Below are positions 22,701-36,899 of a stretch of 64,000 nucleotides of DNA, piece after piece. The DNA is taken from NCBI GenBank assembly GCA_040437565.1, contig JBDOQK010000034.1, positions 1 to 64,000 on the forward strand. The letters run 5' to 3'. This DNA is from Albugo candida. Its lineage: Eukaryota. The notes below the pieces were generated by a model. The model did no database searches. It had not been told where the DNA came from and worked only from the letters and a program-made list of their open reading frames with translations. The position numbers were made by a program, and so were the translations under genes. Every line of letters starts with the position of its first letter. Within the stretch, counting starts at the first letter, position 1.

Positions 22701-25700
22701 AAGAACAGTAGCCAGGAGCATAGTCGCCAAGACCAAGACATGAGGGTGCTCTGTAGATGATAGAGCTATAAAGAAAAAGCGCGCAATACGGCTGCTTTTA
22801 TACTGCAGGGCGCCATTTTTTAATGCTTTCCCGACGAATGCCTGACGAATTCTGTCAACAGCTAGGCTGTGACTTGACTTTTTCTTTATTTCATGACAAT
22901 CGTTTCAATTCTCAGCATTTATGGTATCCCTTTGGCTAGAATGAGGGGAAGAGTTCAACGAAAGCATTTAAATTAGAGGAGAAAACGTTTTATTGGATAC
23001 CAATGCATGTAACAGTTCCAAAAGATATCAACTTGAACGCTATAGAAGAAAATCGAGTTATGATATCAGACGCCGGATGTCGGGGATGCTTTTGCTGTTC
23101 TCGGTACTTCGTGCTACTTGGGAGATGACTAGAAAATCAACGCTACCCAGAAAAAATTCTATGCAAATAAATGTTCTATCATAAAACTATTCGACATTCA
23201 AGATGTGTAGCAAGCACTTCTTTTAGTCAGCTGCGTGCTGCGCCGCTATGACGTCATCAGCTGCCTTAGCCTACGTATCTTCCTATTGGCCGAAACATGA
23301 CGACGATGGCAACAGTACGATTAAGACATTTGAGCTGGGTTTTCTGTAAGTCATATATTGTTTCGATTTATTTTGACATTGATTTCATACAACCACTCGT
23401 CTCGCCCAATATGAGAGAATTTCGAAGTCGATTTGATTCTAGCCTTTTGTGGGTTTCATGGTTGTGGAGGAAGCACGATGTGCGCGCCCTTTTGCGGATC
23501 GCAGGGACTTGACAATGATTTTTCCCACTATCCAGAGATATCTACAACGAAGTATTAAAATTGGACGAATGTGGCATGGTGTGCATTTTTTGTATTGCTT
23601 ATAAGTGATCAAAAAAAAAATACGCGAGCAGAAAGAGGGTCTGACCTGTGAAAAGACACTGATAGAGGCTGACATCGCTCAAGAATTGGAGGACATACCT
23701 GTCACGCAAAATACTCCGTCACTGAAGACAATCCTCATTCGAAATCTGGCAAAACAGTCTAACTCGCGGAGACTAAGACACTGGAAGTAGGAAGGTGTAG
23801 TGATAGGAGGATCTTCAAGGGTATGAAAGGCACGGTAAAATTCCTTGATGTGCAAAACAAGCAAAATCAAGAAATTTGGTGTAAAAATAGTCCTTTTTTC
23901 TCTCATAGAAGAAAATTGGAACTACTGACCAAGGCGTTTGTAGCTTTCAAGGACCAGAGGCGAAACGTTTAACTCTAGCATTTTCGTTTGGACTCGAGAT
24001 CCTCGAAGAATAATCGAAGATTGGTTTACACCCCACCGAAGGATATGTTTTTGTAAAGGTTGTTTTTAAGCATGTGAAATATATGGTGGAGGTAAGTAGT
24101 TCAAAGCATCCTGTGACCTTCGGTGCGCTGAAAAAATCAAACCCGCGTCTCAACCTTTACAGAGAGTTCAACGATTATTTGTGTAAAATTAGACTATGTG
24201 TGCTGAATATGTCCATAATTGCTGATTGCTGGTTTTTGCCAAATTTGACAAAGTGTACTGCAATTTCGTGTAAGAATGGTTACTAGCATAATTATACTAA
24301 CCTGTCGATACGTGCTCTTTTTATTCACTCTACTTGTGGCGTCTACTATCTAAGCCGCCATGAAAACATGTGTGTTACTTTCCCACTGCTACATCCTTAA
24401 AGCCTCTTCATGCTTGCTTATCCTTCACAATTGTGAACAATGAATTTTTATGCTTGCAAACTTTGCTACGTAATGCTGATTGACGGTGCAGCTAATATAC
24501 CATGCTTTCCATCAATGCTGCACGCCCTGCCTCAGTACGAGCTGATACTAGCCCGAAGCCTTTCTGTTTTTTTCTCAAGTCGATAAATATTTTCTAGCTA
24601 GCTTTCGCTCACGCTGTTATAGTATTCCGTTGTCTGGTTTGCATTTAGTGGTTTTCTTGCAACGAGTCGCAATTCTGGAGTGCTATAATCTTGTTCAACT
24701 CGTGGTGCATCTTCAGGATATGAATGGGACTCATTGTGTTACTGGAAAAGAGAAAGAGAAAAGAAGAAGGTTATAGGCAAGCGTCATTTTCGTATTCGTT
24801 GTAATTATGGTGCTTTTTTAGACAATTCCTCTGCTTTGAATGTATTGAGCTGTTACTATCCGCTGTACACTGCAGTTCGGGCTTGCCTCGATTTGTCGCC
24901 AGCCAGACTTGTCATGACAATTTCGACGGATACACACAGTAAGTGTTCCGGCACAAAGGCGCACTATTTACAAGACGCAATCTCGTGAAAACAAACGATA
25001 TTATAGACCACACATAAGTAAATTTTTCGGAACACCTGTGAAACCGGCGCTAAAGATTTAGAATTTGTCGCAGTTACCAATCTCAAGAAGATTAGCAGTA
25101 AGTTGGCTTTATCACTCGCTGCCTTGCTACTCCATTCTTCATCTCTTTCATGCGCGCGCATGGATACGACGAAAGCATGGAAGGTCTAACCTTTTTGGTT
25201 CTCGGGGTCTGACTGCAGCGCCGACATCGCATAATAACTCAGACTACTTTCCTGGGATGACGTTTCGTTTCAAGCATAAGCCGAGAAAATTCGGGAAGCC
25301 TCCTCACAGAATTCTCGCTCTCTTCTACTGGAGTTTTCACATTACAATAGATCGGTCTTGTATCTAGGTGTCTAATAGTCTGCATATACAAAAACGAGCT
25401 TCTATAGCCCAGACTTCGCCTCAATCGGGACGAGAAGAAAAACAGGATTTGTTTGTGAGCTATCCAGGAGTTCCTTGTGGAAAACGAGAATACCATAATA
25501 ACGAGTAGCGATTGGGAGCGCACTCTCCGCGTCGCTGTTTAACTCGTTGTGTCGGAGAAAATTATGAGACGGACAACCATTCGGTTATTAAGACAGCGTT
25601 CGATGTGAAACTAATGTATGTGCCACCTTTATACACACCACCATGCTGCACATCTGCCCTTTGTTTAAAGATGCCGCAAATGTTTATGAAAGCATCAAAC

Positions 25701-26173
25701 CTGGAGCATTCTTATCGAGGCCAAGATCATTACCGAGAGCATGATTATGAATAAAATCTAGAAGCGGACTTGATAATGATGATTCAAAGCAGCTTTTCAT
25801 CCGAAAAGTGATCGGCGAAGCATAGCATATCATTATGGCCGAAAATTATTTGATTGCGACGTTCCTCACTTAAGTAGTAGCATTGGCTCGATTCCTCCGT
25901 GCATACGAGGCGCGTGATCGTTGAGTTCACTCGAAATTAAGAAAGGCTCAGAACGGAAGCGCCTAAGCAACTCTCTCAGTTGGAAATTAGTATCAACTGT
26001 TCCCTGAAACAGGGAATTTCTCCATGCCGTGACTTGTCGATCGAAAGTGCGGTTAGTTATTTACTTCTTCACTTGCTAATAAGCTCACCCATGCGATCCT
26101 AGTTTAGGTGTTACATTATGGAACGTGACCTTGTCTGAGGTTACCAACGCGAAATTCGCTCATGGAATAGCGC

Positions 26174-27229
26174 ATGGACGACAGTGTAGCACCCCAAATT
26201 GTCGAAAAGTGTAGCATACACGCTCATACACGCAATATTTCAAGCGTAAAGTTTGCACCGAAAAATCCAATCCTGCTCGCAAGCTCATGTAAGTCAGTAT
26301 CATTTCTATAATCACCTCGCGAATGAATGGAAAATGTCTTTATAGCTGCTGATGCGAGCGTAAAATTGTGGAATTTGACCCGCCCAGAAAATGCGGAAAG
26401 AGTTTTTGAGGGACATACACAAGGGATTTCTGACCTTGCTTGGTCGCCATCGGGCGGATGTATAGCCTCGGCATCCGATGATCATTCAGTACTACTTTGG
26501 GATTCGGAAACGGGGGCTAATCTTGGAATGTTGGGCCAAAGAAAAGGTCGAAAATATGGTTATCAGTACACTCACGAAAGCATAGAGGTGGCTGGGCATA
26601 CGAATTTTGTCTACTCTGTGGCTTTCAACCCACAAGAATCGCTACTTGCAAGTGCATCATTCGATGAAACAGTTCGCTTATGGGATTTGAGAAGTCACTC
26701 GTGTGTAGCGGTTATCGATGCTCATCAAGAAGCCATCACATGCGTGGCATTCTCTCATGACGGAACTCTGTTATCTACATCGAGTTATGATGGGGTAGCA
26801 CGAGTTTGGGATATCTCTTCTCAACAGTGTCTTCGCACGCTTATTCTCGAGCGCCCTCCGGCTCCTCCTCGGACAGCTGTATCATACGTGAACTTCTCAC
26901 CAAATAGTCGATACCTTTTGTGCTCCATGCTCAACCAGCGCATGTGTCTATGGGATTTTATGCGAGGTTCTGATACAATTGCAAAAGAGTATTCAGGTCA
27001 CTTAAACAAGAACTTTTGTATTTCGTCAGCCTGGTTCCGAAGCCGGGATAAACTTCTCATCGTGTCAGGTTCTGAGGATAACACTGTGGTTCTGTGGGAC
27101 GCAATTGGACAGCAAGTGGTTCGAGTACTGCACGGACATGAAGAAGCAGTGATTTCAGTGAGTACAAGTGATGATTGCATTGCCTCCGCAGCTGGAGGAT
27201 GCATCAAGATCTGGAGGAAACAAACATGA
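26174..27229 (+). CDS. WD40-repeat protein, WDR5/Swd3-like; join(26174..26288,26346..27229)
   Basis: Exon 1 HAHTRNISSVKFAP...LASS joins over a 57-bp GT-AG intron to SADASVKLW. Also GHTQGISDLAWS, GHTNFVYSVAFNPQ, SASFDETVRLWD, KEYSGHLNKNFCI and IVSGSEDN, typical of the WDR5 family. Confidence 0.88.
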
Positions 27230-27762
27230 CAAAATCATCATTTTGACAAGCGCGGTCATGAATATGATTGGTCATTACTCTGCTAATAGCGTTGGTGATT
27301 GGTTTGAATGGCAGACGTGAGCTTCAGTCCATAATAGTGCTATATTTTAATAAGGAGGTATATTTGCTTTGCCTAATATCTGCACTACACATGCACTATT
27401 GATAGGTTCTGTTGCAGTACTCTTGTGCATTCTGTGCAGTCACATTTGTAATCCACTTTTTGACCAATCATGCGGTTGGCCTTTTGACATGAAGGAAATT
27501 AAAGGCTTGAGAACTTTTATGCTGAAATTTATGTCCAGAACGAGTTCGACTATTACAGCTTCACCTGATCTCCATAGAAACTTAAGCTACTTTCTAAATC
27601 TCGAGAACAGATTTTTCGTGACTAAAGAGTGATTGTATCTCTACGTGTGCCTTAATGGCTGTNNNNNNNNNNNNNNNNNNNNNNNNNNNNNNNNNNNNNN
27701 NNNNNNNNNNNNNNNNNNNNNNNNNNNNNNNNNNNNNNNNNNNNNNNNNNNNNNNNNNNNNN

Positions 27763-29047
27763 ACCCGCCCAGAAAATGCGGAAAGAGTTTTTGAGGGACA
27801 TACACAAGGGATTTCTGACCTTGCTTGGTCGCCATCGGGCGGATGTATAGCCTCGGCATCCGATGATCATTCAGTACTACTTTGGGATTCGGAAACGGGG
27901 GCTAATCTTGGAATGTTGGGCCAAAGAAAAGGTCGAAAATATGGTTATCAGTACACTCACGAAAGCATAGAGGTGGCTGGGCATACGAATTTTGTCTACT
28001 CTGTGGCTTTCAACCCACAAGAATCGCTACTTGCAAGTGCATCATTCGATGAAACAGTTCGCTTATGGGATTTGAGAAGTCACTCGTGTGTAGCGGTTAT
28101 CGATGCTCATCAAGAAGCCATCACATGCGTGGCATTCTCTCATGACGGAACTCTGTTATCTACATCGAGTTATGATGGGGTAGCACGAGTTTGGGATATC
28201 TCTTCTCAACAGTGTCTTCGCACGCTTATTCTCGAGCGCCCTCCGGCTCCTCCTCGGACAGCTGTATCATACGTGAACTTCTCACCAAATAGTCGATACC
28301 TTTTGTGCTCCATGCTCAACCAGCGCATGTGTCTATGGGATTTTATGCGAGGTTCTGATACAATTGCAAAAGAGTATTCAGGTCACTTAAACAAGAACTT
28401 TTGTATTTCGTCAGCCTGGTTCCGAAGCCGGGATAAACTTCTCATCGTGTCAGGTTCTGAGGATAACACTGTGGTTCTGTGGGACGCAATTGGACAGCAA
28501 GTGGTTCGAGTACTGCACGGACATGAAGAAGCAGTGATTTCAGTGAGTACAAGTGATGATTGCATTGCCTCCGCAGCTGGAGGATGCATCAAGATCTGGA
28601 GGAAACAAACATGACAAAATCATCATTTTGACAAGCGCGGTCATGAATATGATTGGTCATTACTCTGCTAATAGCGTTGGTGATTGGTTTGAATGGCAGA
28701 CGTGAGCTTCAGTCCATAATAGTGCTATATTTTAATAAGGAGGTATATTTGCTTTGCCTAATATCTGCACTACACATGCACTATTGATAGGTTCTGTTGC
28801 AGTACTCTTGTGCATTCTGTGCAGTCACATTTGTAATCCACTTTTTGACCAATCATGCGGTTGGCCTTTTGACATGAAGGAAATTAAAGGCTTGAGAACT
28901 TTTATGCTGAAATTTATGTCCAGAACGAGTTCGACTATTACAGCTTCACCTGATCTCCATAGAAACTTAAGCTACTTTCTAAATCTCGAGAACAGATTTT
29001 TCGTGACTAAAGAGTGATTGTATCTCTACGTGTGCCTTAATGGCTGT
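27763..29047 (+). repeat. Copy of 26378-27662 across an N gap (partial second WD40 gene; likely assembly overlap)
   Basis: No differences noticed at offset 1385. The copy starts exactly at the gap edge. Confidence 0.85.
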
Positions 29048-29839
29048 CAGAAACATATGGACATTTGATATCTCGGAAGATATCGCTGGCTTTACCACTT
29101 GACCTCATTGTCATCAGCATTGAAGTTAGTACAAGAATTGAGACGTCGACGGTGCGTGTCAAAAACCATACTTCGTTCCGATTCGAAGCAGAGGGCAAAT
29201 CGAGTTTTACTTCTCTCACTTCATCATTTCCTAGTCGACGGTAGGGACATAAAATGCACTCGACGCAATTGAGCAAAGATTCGCCAAACAGTTGTGCTCA
29301 AATTTATATCGAATGTGTACTTTGTAGACAAGACACCCGCACTATGTAGCACAATTCTCGGTTTGCAAATTCAGTTCGACAGACTAATAAACAATCATAT
29401 ACCTTAGGCTTCAGCTCATTAGCTGATCGCAGAAGAATTTGCTTAGCAAGCAGACGTGGATCGTTTGGTCATGTGATCTTCTTCTCGAGCAATAATAATC
29501 CATTTTTGGAACTTGACCATGTCGTAACGGTACGAGTTGTTTACTTAATTCGTGCTCGAGCATTGATCTGCTACAATTAGAAAATTCTTCTCAATTGGAT
29601 TATTGGCTGAAGGTCTGGTTAACTCCGACGTGGGCATAAAGTGCTGGTCACAATGGTTGGAGGTAAATGGCGAGGATCTCTCTGTGGTGATATCGCCGAG
29701 ATCTCCGTCAATCATAGCTTTTTCCCAGTAGAGAAAGCAACACTACACCTCTCAAAAGAAGATGGTGAACTGAAGTTGATTGCTGGTCCACTTCAGCTTG
29801 TATGCTAAGTTCTCCTCGATTATCTCAACGCGGAACAAT

Positions 29840-32620
29840 ATCTCAGCGCTCACGGTGAATGTCAATGAAATTCATAAAAATGGTCATCTTTTATCCGACC
29901 ACGTCCTATCACAACACTCAATTTGTTGTGTTAAAAAAAACGAAGTTCCACGATTACAACCAATTGGACTCATTTCACTTTTTATTACATTCAAAAACGC
30001 AGCACAGAATTTTTCTAAATGACCACAACAGTGCGTTTATTTATCCAACTCAAAATCGCAGTGGCGGTGTGGTGACAATCCTTCGTTCGCACTTTCCCGG
30101 TTATACAACAGCTAAAGCAGTCACCGAACGAAGAATTCGAAATCGCTATTTGGTTTTGCGTCTTCTCATTCACGATGCCCCTTCAAATGTTTATGCACCG
30201 GTCAAGGCCGAGGAACGAGTGTTTTTTTTATGAGTTACTGCTCTCCAACACTTTCGAATCGACCGCAACACATATCGTTTACGGTGATTTCAACACACCA
30301 CTCGATCCTGCTATCGATGCTTCGAGTGGAACAATTCCGGCACGAGCCAATTCGATTAGCCTGTTTGGAATGGCTTCACAGTTGGGTGTGGTAGACGCTT
30401 GGCGAATTCAACATCCGGCTGAAAATGTAGACACAGGACCATTACCGCGCAAGAATTGACTAGATTACATCTGCATGTCGGAGGAGCTATTCAATATGGT
30501 ATACAAAACCTCAGAATATTCCCGTCCACGACATGCCGGAGATCATCTGGCACAAAAAGAAACTTTTGCAAAATAGCCTCAATCTCCGGGTCGAGGATAT
30601 TGGAAATGTTCATCACGACTATTTGGATATCCACAAGCTGTCCAAGCAATCAAATTGGAAGCGAATTTGGTGCTCGAATCCCGGAAAAAATATGCGAAAG
30701 TTGGAAGACGAATATCAAGAATCAGCTTCAAGTAATTGAAATAAAAGAATTTCACAAGATAGCCGACTTGCTGCTGAGTCTAGCCAGCTTTTTTTTGGAA
30801 TCCGATTCAGCTCGATATCGCATTTAGGCCAGCAATCAGTCGCGGCATTTTACAAATCGAGTCTCGAACAATTCAGAATTTTGGTCGAAATCAATGCCAA
30901 ATCCAACCAAGAATCTTCGACATCACGTGAAGCATATGGGAAACTCTTCCAAGAAATATTTTCGCCCTCCGGATAGTTCTTGTCGTCGCGTGCCGATCGA
31001 AAATGTCACCAAAAAATGTGGCACCGTGACATCGAACCTGAGGGAGATTATTGACGAATTCAGATATCATTGGGGCGGTTTCATGGGCTCTCTTTATATC
31101 TCCGAACCAACTCAGCTAATCCATGTGACAGAAATGAAAAAAAAACTACTCCATTCGATTCAAGTGTCCCTTGCGTCAGGAGAGCAAGACCGTTTCTCAG
31201 CCCGCTGAAGTAAGACTGAGATGGCGGAAGCGATCAAGCACATGCAGAGTAGTTCTTCTCCAGGAATGGATGGACTAGCAGCTGCATTTTATCTGCTTGA
31301 TTCGGAAACGTTTGGCGAGTGTCTGAAGATCGTGTTAGAATTTCAGCTAGAAAGAGGTATCTTACTTCGATCACAACGTCACTCGGCAATAACATTATTG
31401 TACAAAAAAGGAACACGAGGTGATCCTGGGAACTATCGACCGATCGCAGTTCTTTGCGTCGATGTCAAAGTACTTTATAAAAGTGTTGGCGTATCGATTG
31501 CAACGGCTTTTGCCAAAATTGATCCATCAAAATCAAAAAGCGTTTGTGCGAGGAAGGTCAATGCATCACCATATTCGACATCTTTCTACATCCAAGACTT
31601 GGTCACTCATCGTGGGGAGGAAGCTTATGCGACTTTTCTCGACTTTGAGAGATCTCATGATCGAGTCAATTGGACGTACATGTTTCACGTTTTGGAAAAA
31701 AAAGGCGTTGGAAGAATTTTCATTGACTGGGTTTATAATCGTACAATGGCTGAAGAAAAGTTATTGAGTCGACTTTACAATTAAGTTACAGATACTCCAG
31801 CGTATTCACTCGACGTTTGGTCTCATCAGTTGAATCCAACAAAACAGAAGTGGCAGCGCCTAATATTTGGGAGTACAAAGGAAGGAGAGGATTATTATTT
31901 CTCATCTATTCCACGCTCTCAACTCTCACAAATCGTCTGGAAACCTCCCGGTCCAACCAAGACTTATTCGATGTCTACATTGGTCATCACGGGAGAGATT
32001 AGACGCAATGGATTCAGAACTAGTTGAAACATTCATGGCTATATCACGGCATCTTCGAAAACGTGTATTACATATTGTCAAAGATCTACAGTTTCGTCTG
32101 GCCTTTCGATTGTTGCCAGTTCGATCTCATCTCTGGTCTAAAAGAACATTCATCCCGACTTTATATTGTGCATTCAGCCTTCGTGCGGTGCAGTGGAATC
32201 CGATAAACATCTTTTTCTAGAGTGCGGTCATACGGCACAATTATGGAGGGAGTTATTCCCTAGTTGGGATTAGTTCTTCCTATCCCGACCACGTTGGCCG
32301 CATATTGCATGTGTACTCGTGCCGACACTTCTGCCGGCATGGAATGAATATCAGTAAATCATATCAGATTTATAGCTTGCATTGCAAGCAGTGACGCTGC
32401 ACTTCGTCTGGACAGTTAGGTATCGTCGTTTGTTCGATCAGCGATCGGCAAGTCCGACAGTTCCAGCATTTTCCGTGATCTTGGTTTCGTTTAGTGCGCA
32501 CGTTCGGTACTTTCAAAGACAGTATTACGATCAAGACGAACGCATCCAGCTTACAGAGGTGTTGAATCAACTCGCATGCAAGGATAGTTCGGTGGATTCT
32601 TCAGAAGTCGAAGATGATTG
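29840..32620 (+). mobile_element. LINE (L1/Tx1-like) ORF2 relic: APE endonuclease, RT, C-terminal zinc region
   Basis: Motifs TVNVN, SGGVVTIL, NVYAP, GDFNTPLDP, DAWRIQHP, SPGMDGL, NYRPIAVLCVDVK, QKAFVRGR and FLDFERSHDRVNW, then an internal deletion, then RLLPVR and HLFLECGH. Many frameshifts. Confidence 0.9.
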
Positions 32621-35600
32621 CTGCGAGTACGCCACAGACAAGTCAAACTGCAAGTGCAACTCTGATCCTAGTCCTTGTTGGATGGCTAATATATCGACAC
32701 CTTCAACTGAAGGTCTGATTGTTACCCTTCATATTGCATCGATGCAAAGGAGAAGCATATATATGTCCATTCTATCTTGTAGACATCGGACAGGAATTGT
32801 GGAACTACATCAACCTTCGCTGTCATATGTATATGTTGATGCATTTCACAGATGACAAACACTTGCTCAATTAAAATGTTAAGTGATGAGCTAAAATTGA
32901 TTCGTTTATCACATCATTTGATAGATATATCCTTGCGCACTCGATATCGTCCGAACATGCCGTGACAAGATTTGATGGTTTGGTGATATTTTGAAAGTAC
33001 TGCTGAATTCTTCGGGAAATGTGCTGTCGGATGCTTAAGTTTTCATAGTGATGAAAAGAATGTACCTACTTCACGAGGTCTGAGTGCGGTAATAGAAATG
33101 ATAGCGTGGTTTTGCTATTCGAATGGAATGCAGGGGTATCTGGATACTTATAGCGGTTCCGAGTACAAAATAGATAAGGAAATTCAGGGTTTAATTTAGG
33201 GTATCTGGATAACGTCTCTTGGCTTTTTTAGTATGTGGATTCATCTCGGTCCTTAACCTTATTAGATTTTCACATTTGTAAAAAAATCTTTTCATGTTTC
33301 TACGTTCTTACCTTAGCACTAGTTAGCAAAAATCCCAAGTTTTAGCTCATGCTCATTCTTATCCTTTTCGAAACCTAAAGACAAGATAAGTTCGAGGAAC
33401 CAAATCACTCGCAGACAACTCGCAGATAATGGATGTCTGATTAGGGACAACCAGGTACAACGTATCATTATATTCTACTCCTTTGCAGTACACAAAAGTG
33501 TTGACCTATTAAGCAATTTCCATTGCATGCACCGAGAACGACCTCCATACTGGTCACAACTTGCTGCAACTAACTCCTTAGTTCACAATACTTTCGTGGA
33601 AGTCATGGATAATTGTTCAATAGACCACATGGGCATGTTCTCGATCTTCCCCTCAACGTAACTTCTCATGTTTGTTCATTCACTTAAACAGCGCGGTTAG
33701 TAACTATTCCAAGAAGGAGCTGGTCCAAAAAATAACGCTATTTACTATCTTTATCTTATTGTCAAGAGCTCTTCAATGTGTGTCTATTATTTTCTTGCCA
33801 AAGTGGAATTCCGCAAAGTCAATTTTGCCCTGGCGCATNNNNNNNNNNNNNNNNNNNNNNNNNNNNNNNNNNNNNNNNNNNNNNNNNNNNNNNNNNNNNN
33901 NNNNNNNNNNNNNNNNNNNNNNNNNNNNNNNNNNNNNNTTAGTTCACAATACTTTCGTGGAAGTCATGGATAATTGTTCAATAGACCACATGGGCATGTT
34001 CTCGATCTTCCCCTCAACGTAACTTCTCATGTTTGTTCATTCACTTAAACAGCGCGGTTAGTAACTATTCCAAGAAGGAGCTGGTCCAAAAAATAACGCT
34101 ATTTACTATCTTTATCTTATTGTCAAGAGCTCTTCAATGTGTGTCTATTATTTTCTTGCCAAAGTGGAATTCCGCAAAGTCAATTTTGCCCTGGCGCATA
34201 TGCATCGTGCCCTTTACCATTCAGCAATAAACATCATTCGAATGTATTCTGGACAAATACCTCCAAGTCTCACTTGCCATACATCAATTCCTACACCACT
34301 CGTAATAGCAAATTTTTACAACCGTGCTTCCTGTCTCTTACTTAATCCATCTCGTCCGTAGTACATCATAAGCAGTGAGCGTTCATAGATGATTTTGTAT
34401 TGCGTCCGGATTACTACTGTTTCGTATTTCATCATTTCATGCAAACGGATATCATACATATAATATCATGTCGTTTGAAAGCCTTGGTTAATTGCTAGGC
34501 TAGGCTGGCAATTGACTAATGGAAAATAGAGCACGCCTTCGACAAGAAAAAAAACCATTTTCTCTTCATCCTTCACTGTAAGAAAAATAATATTAAATTC
34601 TTCTTCTTTGGCTTCAAGATTATCAGCGAATCCTTCATCCTAGTAAGCTGTGATGTGTGTACTCGATCCCGATTAAAAGTATCATCGCAAGGGCTCTATC
34701 TTATATTGATAGTTTATGAATCACCACTCCGCGCTCATCCGTTCTTTTCATTCCATGTATCACTGTCGCTTGTGTTCACCCAAATGAGCTTGATTTGGTT
34801 ATGTCTTCTTCCCCAACCAAGCTCGAGAAAGTAGAGTTTAAAGTGATCTCCACCGCAACGCAATCATATCAGCCCCCATTTTCAATCTTGGCAGCTGGCT
34901 TCCTTTTAGCATGATTGTATGGTTTCTTGCCACGATGAGAGCCTCCTTGCATACAGTGACTCATTTCGTGTGCGCTTGTTCCCCTGCGGGATTTTCACAA
35001 TCTTCATGTTAGTACAAATAAAGCCTTATGTCGTAATATGTCATAACAGATCAGTGTTAGAAGACTTTGCAACATGTGGTCCATCACCTGCAAGCCATTC
35101 ATGGGCGATGTAAATCTGCAAGTTGATTTTTGATATGGAGAATCTTGCAAAAATGGGTGCCCTTCCCGCGCGGTGGCTCCTGTACAGCTCACCTTGCAAG
35201 CGATTCGCCTTTTTTGCAGTCAAATAGGTTTCGTCTTATCTTCGTAGATTGATTCCACATCTCCGTGACAGTACATGTTATTGTACATTGCTTCGAAAGC
35301 TTCATCGAGAGCGATTCTTCATTTAGTTTTTTGCTCCTTGCTTGTTACCTATTGCATTCGCTCTTCATTATTCATTACTCCAGCTTACCTCCAGACATTC
35401 CTTTTTGATAGCTATCTGATCCGATAGACTTTTCTGAAGCAAATTCATCATTTCATGCTTGAAACAGTCCAGTCGTCTCCGTTTCAGCGTATGGGAGTCC
35501 CTGCAGATCCAACTCCAAATTCTCCTGCTTCTTCCCCGTAGTCTGAATATGACGATATGTTTGATGTAGTGTGTCGAATCGGTCGCGAAGAACCGGATAT

Positions 35601-36899
35601 TTTGCGAGTATTCGAGCTCATTACCTTAATGGAGACCGCGCAAAAATGTGACACTCAAATATATACGAGAATCTGTTTCTATCCATCTAACTACGGAGCT
35701 GTCTTTTTGAGCTCTTGACTACTTATCACATTTAACTCACTGCAGCTGTACCCAACGTAGAACAAGTTTCTACCACAAAAAGCTTAGATTAAGATACTAG
35801 TTGAAATCCTGCCTACGCAACAGCAACATGAAATTGTTGGTTGAAGAAGTGGTTGCTCCATCGTATTAGTGACAAACGGCTAAAAAAATTTCATCAGAAA
35901 AAAAACACTTCGTATAAGGAAAGCAACGAATTATAAGTCTTCGAAATTGCCTTACCTGGTCTTCGATTTTAGTATATCTTGTCCCTTTTGTTCGGAGTGG
36001 GATGATTTGAAACCATCACAGTTTTATGCACTGCGTTGGAAGCTTCTCGCTATAGAAGGATGCTCGTTCTAGACATGCTGATGAGATCATTTTGGCTTGA
36101 TCAACGATCACGGAAGCTGTACGGACATCATCGACCGTTGCCAGCAATGAATTTAGTGGCTGAATGCTATCGACGAGTGACTGCGCTGTGTCGATGTGAA
36201 AGTAGTTTGAGAGTATTAGCGCATCGACTTCACCACTCGATTCTACCTGGTACTTCAAAGACGAGCATAGAAGCCTGTGATAGATATGGTGTGAGGAACA
36301 AAAATTAATCAAATGTTGATCTGGCTGAAAGAGCTGGAATGTCTAAAGCTGGTGTTGAGAGCTTCGTCGCATGTGACTCTATTGATACGAAAAGACGTGC
36401 ATTCATTTGCAGCGAGTAAGTGGGTGATCTTTGTTTTTTTGGTCGATAAGGAAGCAACTCATTATGTAGGCATCTTGGACAGCATCACCATGTCCAATAC
36501 ATGTACACCGTCAAGCCTTTGCTTCTATCCACACTTAGAGTGTCACAAACTGCTTGCGCCTTGTTCTTCGGAAAGCCCGTTGCCATTCGAGGTCACGATA
36601 GTGTATGTTCGTGACTAGAAATCAAAGACAAATAAAGCAACACTCCAATAGTAATGATTTACTTGTATAAACGACGTTTTTGCCTTCAGCTTACAATTAC
36701 TCTTAATCGTATGATACTAAGTAGACATCAATTCCTTATGAAGATTACTAGAATTGGCTACACCGAATTAACGAAGTAAAGCAAATAGAATAATGGTGAA
36801 TTAGATCACGGCATGATGGGAGAATACACGTTCACCTGTGTGTCCGTGCAACAAAATGCACGGATACGATACTCGTATTTGATGTCTACCACGATTGCA

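Noticed and set aside
23400-25530. Signal-peptide-like starts at about 23410 (+) and 25523 (-)
   Set aside because: Multiple stops, no motif, and no supportable gene model.
27655-28614. Second WD40 gene as a true tandem paralog
   Set aside because: Identical copy starting exactly at a gap edge and lacking exon 1.
33170-33210. TTTAGGG telomere-like word
   Set aside because: Isolated copy, no array.
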